A stretch of DNA of 63,793 nucleotides, filler included, from Octopus bimaculoides (Eukaryota), in the NCBI RefSeq assembly GCF_001194135.2. It is 7 parts of 6 records of this genome, joined end to end, with 100 filler letters (N's around TTAATTAATTAA, not from the genome) between each part and the next. Parts side by side here need not be neighbours in the genome. Positions count along the whole stretch, not along the records: positions 51,436 to 56,311 come from NC_069006.1; positions 56,412 to 62,160 come from NC_068984.1; positions 62,261 to 63,793 come from NW_026432925.1; 4 more parts are not named here. One strand, 5' to 3'. Of this stretch, positions 51,997 through 62,291 are shown one piece after another (position 1 is the first letter of the stretch; each line of letters starts with the position of its first letter). A program made the position numbers and the translations under genes. The notes beneath the pieces are model-generated. The model did not search any database. It saw only the letters and a program-made list of their open reading frames with translations, and was not told the origin of the DNA.

Positions 51997-52309
51997 CATT
52001 CATTCGTTATTACTTTCTCTCTCTTCATCTATACAGAGAGAGAATATATTAAACGTAAATTGAAAACAGAACACCAAAGGATATCGCGGTACACGTATTT
52101 TCAATTTACCTTTAATATATTCTTTCACCTCTGCCACCATCCGGCATATACAGGTGCTTACACTTATCAAGTATTACCTCTAAAATTTACAGTATATATA
52201 GAGATAGATAGATACATATATATCTACATATATACATATAGATATGTATACATATATAAACACACATACAAACATATATATACACACACACACGTATATA
52301 CACACACGT

Positions 52310-52342
<33 letters not shown>

Positions 52343-53289
52343 NNNNNNNNNNNNNNNNNNNNNNNNNNNNNNNNNNNNNNNNNNNNNNNNNNNNNNNNNN
52401 NNNNNNNNNNNNNNNNNNNNNNNNNNNNNNNNNNNNNNNNNNNNNNNNNNNNNNNNNNNNNNNNNNNNNNNNNNNNNNNNNNNNNNNNNNNNNNNNNNNN
52501 NNNNNNNNNNNNNNNNNNNNNNNNNNNNNNNNNNNNNNNNNNNNNNNNNNNNNNNNNNNNNNNNNNNNNNNNNNNNNNNNNNNNNNNNNNNNNNNNNNNN
52601 NNNNNNNNNNNNNNNNNNNNNNNNNNNNNNNNNNNNNNNNNNNNNNNNNNNNNNNNNNNNNNNNNNNNNNNNNNNNNNNNNNNNNNNNNNNNNNNNNNNN
52701 NNNNNNNNNNNNNNNNNNNNNNNNNNNNNNNNNNNNNNNNNNNNNNNNNNNNNNNNNNNNNNNNTTTACCTACCTGCTAAAATTACTGGATATATAGATC
52801 CCAGGATATATAAGTCCTAAGCTGCAAAACAGTTTTGAAATGTCTTTCCACTTCCCTTTAGCAATTTTTTTTGTGCCAAAGTCTTAAGAGGGAACCAATC
52901 CGCTTCGAATTCGGCTGGAGAAAGTTAGTTAGTAAAGGTATGTTTTGTCATTTATGTATTGTTTTTTGTTTTGGCCTGTACAATATATATCGTATTTATG
53001 CACATTTTCAAATATTTTCAGAGAGGTGGGGTTCCAGTTTCCTACCCCATCCTTTTTTCAAAGAAAAATAAGGGGTTTGCGGCACATTAGGAGGTCAAGG
53101 TAGGTGATTACACGCGAGAAATCCGACGGTTATTATTTTTTATGAACTGCGTGGAGAAGCACTTGTAAAAATTTATCCAAATGGTTTCATAAATATGGGT
53201 GTTGAATATCGTTTCCTGAAAGAAAAAAGTTAAGGGTGGTTGAACATCAAGAACCAATTCTTCCGTGTCCTCAGAAACATGGCAAAAGT

Positions 53290-53805
53290 CTTCCAGCTTC
53301 TAAAAGAAACTTATGAAGTCGCTGAGTTGGCGACATACTGTTTGAGATACTTCGGTCTCATTCCGGGACAAACAAAGCACTTTTTCCAGCTTCCCCATAA
53401 ATGCTCAATATTCTGAATGTGAATAGCTGGGTTATGGGGGTCCACAAAGTGTTCAGTAACCTGATAGTGTGTATAGCCCATGCTGCAAAAGTTACTGTAC
53501 GCACGCGAACAGTCACTATAAATTATTGTTCCGGCCTGACGTAATGTCTAATGATAGGAATGAGGGTGTCAGCATCCCTTCTGTTGCCCTCACCACATTC
53601 GGTCAAAAGTGGGGCCATAAACACTCTCTTCGTCAAGAGTTCCAGTCCACCAAAAAGCCAAACCGTTTTCATTATTCTGCTCCATTGATATTTTCAATGG
53701 ACCAGAACAGTTTCATCAATCTCAGTTTCAACCCCATCTCCTCCGATCACATTTTGGTGGTTTTCCTTCATAAAGAGTGATATTGCAACAGTTGCATAGA
53801 GTCAT
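53290..53805 (-). pseudogene. Merlin (IS1595/ISXO2-like DDE) transposase relic, family 1
   Basis: The minus strand reads VIGGDGVETEIDET...WLFGGLE...RRDADTLIPIIRHYV(fs)PGTIIYSDCSRAYS...MGYTHY...HFVDP...HIQNIEHLW...YLKQY. Confidence 0.88.
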
Positions 53806-53928
53806 GATGTTAGAGCAAAATTAGGATTTTGTATGTCTGTACGTACACCTGTGTGAGAGAGAAAGGGAGAGAGATAGAGTGAGTGAAGGTGATGATGGAT
53901 GTCTTTTAGGGTACACACTCATATAGAA

Positions 53929-54352
53929 AATCTTTTCTACTCTCGACACAAGGCCCGAAATTTTTGGAGAGGGGGCCAGTCGATTATATCGACCCAGTAT
54001 GCAACTGGTACTTAAATTATCGACCACGAAAGGATGAAAGGCAAAGTTGACCTCGGCGAAATCTGAACTCAGAAAGTAAAGACAGACGAAATACCGCTAA
54101 GCATTTCGCCCGGTGTGCTAACGTTTCTTATTTCTTTATTGCCCACAAGGGGCTAAACATAGAGGGGACAAACAAAGACAGACAAGGGGATTAAGTCGAT
54201 TACATCGACCCAGTGCATAACTGGTACTTAATTAATCGACCCCCGAAAGGCAAAGTCGACCTCGGTAAATTTGAACTCAGAACATAAAGACAGACGAAAT
54301 ACCGCTAAGCATTTCGCCCGGCGTGCTAACGTTTCTGCCAGCTCACCGCCTA
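53929..54352 (-). mobile_element. Two tandem SINE family A copies
   Basis: Both carry GGCAAAGT(T/C)GACCTCGG...GAACTCAGAA...AGCATTTCGCCCGG on the plus strand. Confidence 0.9.
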
Positions 54353-55203
54353 CACTCATTTAGAAAATGTGACGTTGTCATGGTTGTCGTATAAATGTTT
54401 ACGATAGATGACTTATGGAAAAGATTATAATTTAAAATTTTTGTTATTCAAATGTCAATGAAAATAAAGTTTAGTTAGTGGTGAAAATAGTACTGAATCT
54501 TTTGAAACTCGGTTTTGGAATGCATAAGGAATATATGCACCCTGAAAAACTCCAAAATTGATCCACGCATCCCCCCACCCCGCTACTCAGCAATAAAGGG
54601 TGCGCGAGCGCAACAATCTCTACAGCTCCCAAAAAAGGGAACGGCTGAAATAGAAGTGAAACAGCATGTTATACATACCTGTTGTATACATCGGTCTTGT
54701 TTTATTGCTTTAAAGGTTAGCGTTTCTCATAGAAGCAAACACGAATAATTCTCCGTCATACGTCTACTAAAAAACTTAACATACTTCCAAAATGGGACTT
54801 CATCTATGTTTGTGTACGTGCGTCTGTGTAGATGTGTGTGTGTGTGTGTGTGAACCATCCCATCAGCAACAATCATCATCATCATCATCATCACCTTCTT
54901 CATAACAAGAAGCAACTGTTGTCTGTTGCTATGCTTCTGAAATTGTGTAGGTGTGTGTATGTGGGGGATGGGTTGCAAGATAAATTAATTTTGGCGGTAA
55001 GGACTGAACCCATTGTGTCATTATCATAATTAAAAATAAATTCGAAGGATTAACATCGCACAAGTTCATCATACATTATTTCCTTAAACTCTAACTGAGA
55101 TCAAGAAGTTACCACAATCATCTTCATAATAGTATTTGTACCCTTTAAAAAGAAGCAGGTGTTGCTATTTTTCTGAATTTATTTTACATTCTGTACACCC
55201 AGA

Positions 55204-55890
55204 TTGGAACTTTTATTGTACCTTGCACCAGAGAACATTATAAATTATCTGAAGACAAAACATATTGCCAATGAAAAAACGTGTGCTTGCACACATTCGA
55301 TGAATTTTCAAAATTCTAGTCCTTCTACTGACTGGTTTGTCATTAGAAAGTGCGCTTATTGTAAAAAAGAAAAAAAGAAGACTCTTTCCATCAGGAAAGG
55401 TACATTTACAGAAAACTCTAAGCTGCCATTATATGTAATTTTTCATATAATGTTTGATTTTATTTTCGAAGTGCCTGTCACGATATCTGCAAGTATGAAT
55501 TGCATTGATATAAAAACTGCCGTACAGTGATACCAGTTCTGTAGAGATGTTTGTTCGGCAAAACTGCTGCAGGACAAAACTCCCTTCGGTGGTCCGGATC
55601 ATATATTGGAATTCGATGAAAGCTTGTTCTTCAATAGCAAGAACAATGGAGGAAGAATGTGTCGCAAAACTTGGGTTGTTGGATGTTATGACACCACAAC
55701 CAGAAAAGGATTTCTTCAACGTGTACCCGATAGGAGTACAGAGACGTTGGAGAATGTTATCAGATAAAACGTTCTTCCAGGAACTACTGTTATGACTCAC
55801 AATTTGGCAAGCTATTGTAATCTCCATATACTCGGTTACATTCACCATCCGGTAAATCATTCCAAGAATTTCATAGATTGGTCACCAGAG
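55204..55890 (+). pseudogene. Merlin (IS1595/ISXO2-like DDE) transposase relic, family 2
   Basis: One frame with two stops: CACTHSM...RKCAYC...SIRKGTFTENSKLPL...KTAVQ*YQFCRDVC...GGPDHILEFDESLF...WVVG...RVPDRSTETL...IR*NVLPGTTVMT...GYIHHPVNHSKNFID. Confidence 0.9.
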
Positions 55891-55959
55891 CATGTACAAA
55901 TCGGTGGAGGTAAAGATCATGGGATGCACCTCCTTTGGGATATTTTGTTTTGGTTTTAT

Positions 55960-56047
55960 GGCATAACTACAGGGTTTTACCCCCCAGTCATTTTTCTGAA
56001 AGTTATGACCTCCCAAAGTCTGGGGGGTAAAACCCTGTAGTTATGCC
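55960..56047. mobile_element. 88-bp miniature inverted-repeat element, Merlin-like signature
   Basis: Perfect 28-bp TIRs GGCATAACTACAGGGTTTTACCCCCCAG (55960-55987 and 56020-56047), a 32-bp spacer, and a perfect 8-bp TSD GGTTTTAT (55952-55959 and 56048-56055). Confidence 0.9.
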
Positions 56048-56439
56048 GGTTTTATTTTGGTAGACATTGGAATTAGACACTGAGGGAAAATGGCTGTAAC
56101 TTTTTTAATTTTGGCGATTTTCGTTTTCGATAATATGTTTGGTCATGCGATTCCCCCTTTAAAAACTGTTGGACCCCCCTTCCCTACACCCCCACCCCAC
56201 ACTTGATATGCTAGAAATAACAGCTAAACGCGGACAATCCAAATCTTGCATTGGTCTAGATGGACTATATGTAATCTGAACCTTTCCCCCCTTATTTTTT
56301 TTTTTTTTTTTNNNNNNNNNNNNNNNNNNNNNNNNNNNNNNNNNNNNNNNNNNNNTTAATTAATTAANNNNNNNNNNNNNNNNNNNNNNNNNNNNNNNNN
56401 NNNNNNNNNNNTTTCTGTCTCTCTCTTCCTGTCTCTCTC

Positions 56440-56785
56440 TTTCTCTCTTTCTCTGTCTGTGAAAGTATCTGTCACTACAGTATCGAAATGTGATTGTTTC
56501 AGTTAGTGGAATAGTTTCATTTTTAAAGTGAAAGTATTTGACATGAGTGTTTTTGTTTCACTTTTGACACGTAATACTTAAATAGTGGAGGAGATATTAT
56601 GTTGCCGTGTGCTCGAACTCTGCAAGAAGTTAATAATTTTTTTTTGACTAAAACACAACTGGAACCCTAAGTAAGGCATGTGTAAAATTTGAATGAAATT
56701 GGTTGCGTAGTTCTCGAGTTTTAGGGATTCACACAGACAGACAGACAGACAGACAGACACACATTCTTATTTTTATATATATAGA
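56440..56785 (-). mobile_element. Non-autonomous Helitron-like element, 5' end
   Basis: The minus strand begins A|TCTATATATATAAAAATAAGAATGTGTGTCTGTCTGTCTG: a TC start after A, followed by a (CTGT)n microsatellite. The 3' end was not seen and is probably in the gap before 56412. Confidence 0.6.
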
Positions 56786-57232
56786 TATATATAGTTCAAA
56801 AAACAATAACAAAGAAACAAAAAAACAAAGTGAGGACGTGATATGGATAGTATTATTGGACGCTCAGGAAGGAGTAAGCTGCCACCGAGTATCGAATCAG
56901 ACAGGTAAACTGTAGGTAAGCATTCTGTATCAATAAGATAAGCGACCCATAACATCAGATGACGTCATTGATATAAGTAGTATTTGGTTGCTATTTCCAG
57001 CAGTTCGACCGATGATCCAGAACTGCGCTCCACGGGACTTGTTGTTGAAAGGCACGCCTAACACAAATTGACTTTGAATGTTTTTAGTGGTGTGGCCCGC
57101 CTGAGGATGAATCATATCTCATGCGGCCCGCTTCTCGAAAAGGATTTCCCATGCCTGATATGGATGTTTTCTTGAGTGTGTTTTTTTAATTGTATTGCAT
57201 TTGTTTTCTTTCATATTGATTTGTTTTACTCT

Positions 57233-57478
57233 TTAGTCAGAATGAGGGGCAGTGCCCATCACCTCTGAGACGGCAGGAGTGATTGTGGAGGGTGCCTTCA
57301 TACTAAGATACTGACCCGAATTCTCACAATCTTGGTAAAAAGCACTAGCGTAGGTAGGAGCGGCACTTTTAAAGGGGCGGTACTTCGGGGTTTGCTGTAG
57401 GCAATATGTGGGGGGTTTTCTGTGGGGTCTGGGGGTGGCAAATGAAAGGGCTTCTCCGGGCGGCACACACTCTAGCTA
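57233..57478 (-). CDS. Candidate terminal coding exon (unverified)
   Basis: GC-richer non-repeat stretch, open on the minus strand after a possible acceptor (TCCCTTCACCATTAGCTTAG|): LECVPPGEALSF...YLSMKAPSTITPAVSEVMGTAPHSD*. An AT-rich tract follows. No homology recognised. Confidence 0.3.
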
Positions 57479-57561
57479 AGCTAATGGTGAAGGGACTTAT
57501 CAAGAACTAGAATGGTTGTACTAAACTAGTCTACGAATTAAGTCTACCACACAAGTGGACC

Positions 57562-57943
57562 GTGGAGGCGCAATGTCCCAGTGGTTAGGGCAGCGGACTC
57601 GCGGTCATAGGATCGCGGTTTCGATTCCCAGACCGGGCGTTGTGAGTATTTATTAGGCGAAAACACCTAAAGCTCCACGAGGCTCCGGCAGGGGATGGTG
57701 GCGAATCCTGCTGTACTCTTCCACCACAACTTTCTCTCACTCTTTCTTCCTGTTTCTGTTGTGCCTGTTATTCAAAGGGTCAGCCTTGTCACACCGTGTC
57801 ACGCTGAATATCCCCGAGAACTACGTTAAGGGTACACGTGTCTGTGGAGTGCTCAGCCACTTGCACGTTAATTTCACGATCGGGCTGTTCCGTTGATCGG
57901 ATCAACTGGAACCCTCGAAGTCGTAAGCGACGGAGTGCCAACA
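57562..57943 (+). mobile_element. SINE family R with an 11-bp TSD
   Basis: TSD ACAAGTGGACC at 57551-57561 and 57944-57954. Confidence 0.93.
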
Positions 57944-58084
57944 ACAAGTGGACCACGCAGGGATTTGAACGCAAAATGCAAACAGTTCGAATAAACACCT
58001 CAAGACATCCTAGAAGAATGTTGAGCTCCGTGGAAGTAGAACCCAGAACGGAAGGATTTTGGAAGGCATCCCGTCCGACGCTCT

Positions 58085-58550
58085 GACGATTCTGCCAGAA
58101 TACTTACTACCCACGATTCTTTAATTTACAGAACCCGGATGGATGAAAATTTAGGTTAGCCTCGCCGAGATTTGAACTCAGAACGTAAAACGATGGAATA
58201 AACACAATTAGGTATCCGGTCCGTAGCTCTAAAGATTCCACTAATCCACTACGTTACACTGTTAATTTTTATTTTATCGAACCCTGAATGATAAAAGGTA
58301 AAGCTGACCTCTGCAAGATTTGAACTCAGAACGTAAAACATTGGTATGCATACATACTACGGGTATCGTTTCCGAAGCACTAACGATTGTGTCACTTGAC
58401 TGCCCTACACTGTTAATTTTTATTTTATCGACCCCACAGACGGATAAAAGACAAAGTTAACGTAGGCGAGATTTGAACTCAAAACTCAGGGAGTCGAAAT
58501 AAATACTGCTAAGAATATTCGTCGACGCGCTAACGCTTCTGCCAATTCTC
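58085..58550 (-). repeat. Tandem array (~151-bp period) derived from SINE family A
   Basis: Three GATTTGAACTCA modules. The junction TACACTGTTAATTTTTATTTTATCGA is shared at 58255 and 58406. Confidence 0.65.
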
Positions 58551-59086
58551 CAACACAACAGTGCGATGAAAGTGTGTGTGTGTGTGTGTGTGTTATATTT
58601 TCCACTTCATTTCATACAGAAACAGACACTATATGTCTGTCGCGTGTGCGAGTCTTTCCGCTCCCTGGATCAAACACACAGTCACACGAAATCACATTAA
58701 GCTAACTTCAAACAACAAACAGCTATCGAGCTAACGAAGGTGTTTCCGAATGCGTATCCGATGGAAGTGCTAGAAATAGCAGCCAAATCTCGTTCAAATC
58801 ACCATTTTATCATCGAGTTTTTTTTTTTTTCTCATTTTTTTAAATTATAACTATTAATTCAATGCGGAGGTGGCACTTGCTTCAAGTTGACCAGGATTAG
58901 GCTGGAGGTAGGGTAACAATAATAATAACAACAATTTAAAATAAAGATACTGATTATCGTGATTATTATAGCTTAGAATATATGCTTGTGTTTATACATA
59001 CATGCACACACACACACACATGCATATATACATACATTTACTTACATATATGTATGCATAGATGTAAACATTCATACGTATATTTC

Positions 59087-59282
59087 TACAAAAGGGTGCT
59101 GAAAAGTTCATGGCTTTAAGGTTTTCTCGAAAGGCCTGGTTGGAGACCCAACCTTCCGAGTTCTTTTACAGAAAATAAGTATGTGAATCTGAGCGGGGAA
59201 TACGTCGAATAAATTCGTAATTAACTGATCCTACTGTATTTTCGTTAACCCAAAGCTTGGAACTTTCCAGCGACCGCTCGCA
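59087..59282. mobile_element. Tc1/mariner-type MITE
   Basis: Ends TACAAAAGGGTGCTGAAAAGTTCATGGCTT and AAGCTTGGAACTTTCCAGCGACCGCTCG are degenerate inverted copies. Same family as 13356-13543. Confidence 0.65.
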
Positions 59283-59398
59283 CGTATGAATATATATATA
59301 AATACACACACACAAACATACATGCAATTATATATGTATACATAAATGCGCATGCATGTATATCATAAATACATCTAAATATATATACAAGTAGAAGG

Positions 59399-59482
<84 letters not shown>

Positions 59483-59555
59483 ATAAAATCATACACACAC
59501 ACATACATACATAAACTGGTATCTACAACATTCAAACATCAACATATATATCTAG

Positions 59556-59591
<36 letters not shown>

Positions 59592-59898
59592 ATATAATAT
59601 AAATAATATATATATGCATGCATATATACATACGGACATGTACACACCTACATATATATGTATATACACATGCATATATGGGTACAGGACGTAAAAAAAA
59701 CGTGAACAACATGAAAAACGAGAACATGAAGAAACAGAAACATGGGAAACGAACTTTTTTTCGAACAACGAAAGAAACGAATTAGAAACGAGACAGGCAA
59801 TATAAAGAACAATCGCTTCATCAGTTGTCCCCTGTTTTATCCACTCCGCATTTCGAACGTTTAAGACATGTATATACATACATACATACATACATACA

Positions 59899-59942
<44 letters not shown>

Positions 59943-60069
59943 GAGACATACATATATAAACATATATATGGGGGAAGGTATTTATAGATATATCTATGCA
60001 TGTATGTATAAAGTATACGAATACACACATGCTCACAAACTCCATACAATATAGGGCAGGATATTGCTT

Positions 60070-60290
60070 TGTTGAGCATTCATGCATAGTCACAGACGCA
60101 AATGTTGTGTAGAGGTTATGGAAACCTGCCATTGGGGGACGCATATAGCCCACGCTCTTCAGGCACTTGTCCACACATTCCTAGGCGAGCAATCGTCTTC
60201 AGAGGAAGACCTGAACCTTTGGTTTAGTAGCAAAACCGTTCCAGCTAAAACCTTCACACGGGGAGCCTGTTCTCACTCATCTAAGCTGAT
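60070..60290 (-). pseudogene. Decayed RTE-type ORF2 C-terminal fragment
   Basis: MSENRLP...*ECVDKCLKSVG resembles the RM...RLP...RGRP..W.ECV..CLK..G motif. Confidence 0.4.
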
Positions 60291-61411
60291 GGTGAGAGGC
60301 ATATTTTGTTTATTCTTTTTTTTTTTATCTCTTACTTGTTTCAGCCATATACTACGGCCTTGCTAAGGCGCCGCCTTGAAGAATTCTAGTTGAACGAATC
60401 GACCCAAGTACCTATTACTATTATTATCATTATTATTATTATTATTATTATTGAGTGAGAGAGTAGTGCACGCCATCAAAGTGACACTGGGGTACAAATA
60501 TACGAAGCCCACTACACCCAACATGACGACCCGTCTGAGTTATTGAATTTAAATCCGAGAACGCTCCTTTGGCATTTATGAGTCGTTTGCTACCAAGAAA
60601 ATTTAATGCCAGAAACGATCGCAGTTATGCCAGAACACGGTCGCTTAGTCAATTTTCCGTTGAAAAACAGGGCTTTGAGGAAAAAATGGTATCACAATAC
60701 TTCAAATACATTGTTTAATCGTGGAATGCTGAAAACGTTCACATTGGAAGTTTAGTTGTAGAACAAAGGCCATTATTGACGGAAAATGTGTCAATAATTG
60801 TTTCCAATAAGCATGTTTTTTGGTCATTCTCCGTTGACAAAGAGGATTTTGTGCATCACAAATGCACTCATAACGTTCCTTGTACATTGCTACATTTGTT
60901 GACACCAAAGACATTAAAATTGGCAATGTAGATTAGAAGCAAATCCAAATTTTGCCCGAAAATGACCTCAAAATTGTGCGACCCAACATCGTTTCCGAGG
61001 TTATTTTTGTAGTAAAAAAGAGCTGTTGTGCAAAAACCATATTTCATTTGGTAGCCTAAAGAGTACTGAATCTTTTGATACCTCATACGTCAAAATCCGC
61101 AAGTCAGTTTTTTAATCCATAAAGAACATACGTACCACACACAGACATACACAAACTCTATACACACACATACAAACATGCATACACACACACACACACA
61201 TATATATACTAATATATAGATAGATATATACACACATACATACATGTATGTGTGTGTGTACAGTTTCTGATATGGACGCGTCCTACGCACTGAAGAAAGT
61301 TTAAGTCACATGAGCTGAGTCAAACTGTTATGGAAAGAAAATATATGTAACCCCTGCCAATTTCTTTCGTTTGTCTACTCAGTCATGTATGTATGTATGT
61401 ATGTATGTATG

Positions 61412-61865
61412 CAGGGCCGGATTAAGACCCTTAGAGGCCCTAAGCACTGAAAAGGTTTTGGTGCCCTCAAGTATACGTAAATGGTTCAAAATATAAACAA
61501 AAATAATTCAAAATGTAAAAAATAATAAAACATAAAATAATTTTTTTATTTTTCAAAATGAAACAAAACTAATAGTAAGATGGAAAATAATATTTATTTT
61601 TGTATACTTCCACTTAATTTATATTTGAAAAGTTTTCGCTTTCGTTTTTCTTTTTAATTGCAATGTGTTTGAGGATATCGTTAAAATTAAATTTACGTAA
61701 AACTTCTGCTTCTATGTTTAGTAGAGATAAGGCATTACGAATATTATTTTAGCAAGTCGAAAGTGATTTCTTTCGTGCCGTAAACCATTTTCATTTCTGT
61801 GGTGCCCCCGTCTCTTGATATCCTAAGCATGTGCTTATTTTGTTTAATGGGTTAATCCAGTGCTG
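61412..61865 (-). mobile_element. hAT internal-deletion derivative in (TATG)n
   Basis: TIRs CAGGGCCGGATTAA (61412-25) and TTAATCCAGTGCTG (61852-65) match at 11/14. The 8-bp flanks are TATGTATG and TATCTATG. The minus strand retains NALSLLNIEAEVLRKFNFNDILKHIAIKK, a hAT C-terminus. Confidence 0.8.
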
Positions 61866-61882
61866 TATCTATGTATGTAAAC

Positions 61883-61931
<49 letters not shown>

Positions 61932-62260
61932 GAAAGAGCCTATTTCGAAGATGGACACTCGGCCAAAGTATGCTACTCTGAGTTTTCAAATCATTAGACG
62001 TAGATCAACGCGATCTTAGCGACACATCTCCGTGTTCGATTTGATTTAATTCTACTCATTTAGAATTTCCCTTGAAGTTTATCTGGAACTTGGAGTTACA
62101 TGCCTCATCTGTGTATCTGTACTGTAATTATTTAAATATTTATGTACATCCGAAGACTCTNNNNNNNNNNNNNNNNNNNNNNNNNNNNNNNNNNNNNNNN
62201 NNNNTTAATTAATTAANNNNNNNNNNNNNNNNNNNNNNNNNNNNNNNNNNNNNNNNNNNN

Positions 62261-62287
<27 letters not shown>

Positions 62288-62291
<4 letters not shown>

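Noticed and set aside
52930-53025. Short GT-AG intron-like segment (AAG|GTATGT...TTTTCAG|)
   Set aside because: No convincing coding frame on either side. It lies next to transposon sequence and is not supportable as a gene.
59790-59870. Minus-strand CTGATGAAGCGAT...ATTGC
   Set aside because: A stem II is possible but is not followed by GAAA or a cleavage site. At most a decayed fragment.
15457-62216. Recurrent palindrome TTAATTAATTAA (15457, 44026, 47810, 51380, 56356, 62205)
   Set aside because: It is always centred in exactly 44+44 Ns where counted. This is an artificial six-frame-stop scaffolding linker, not biology.
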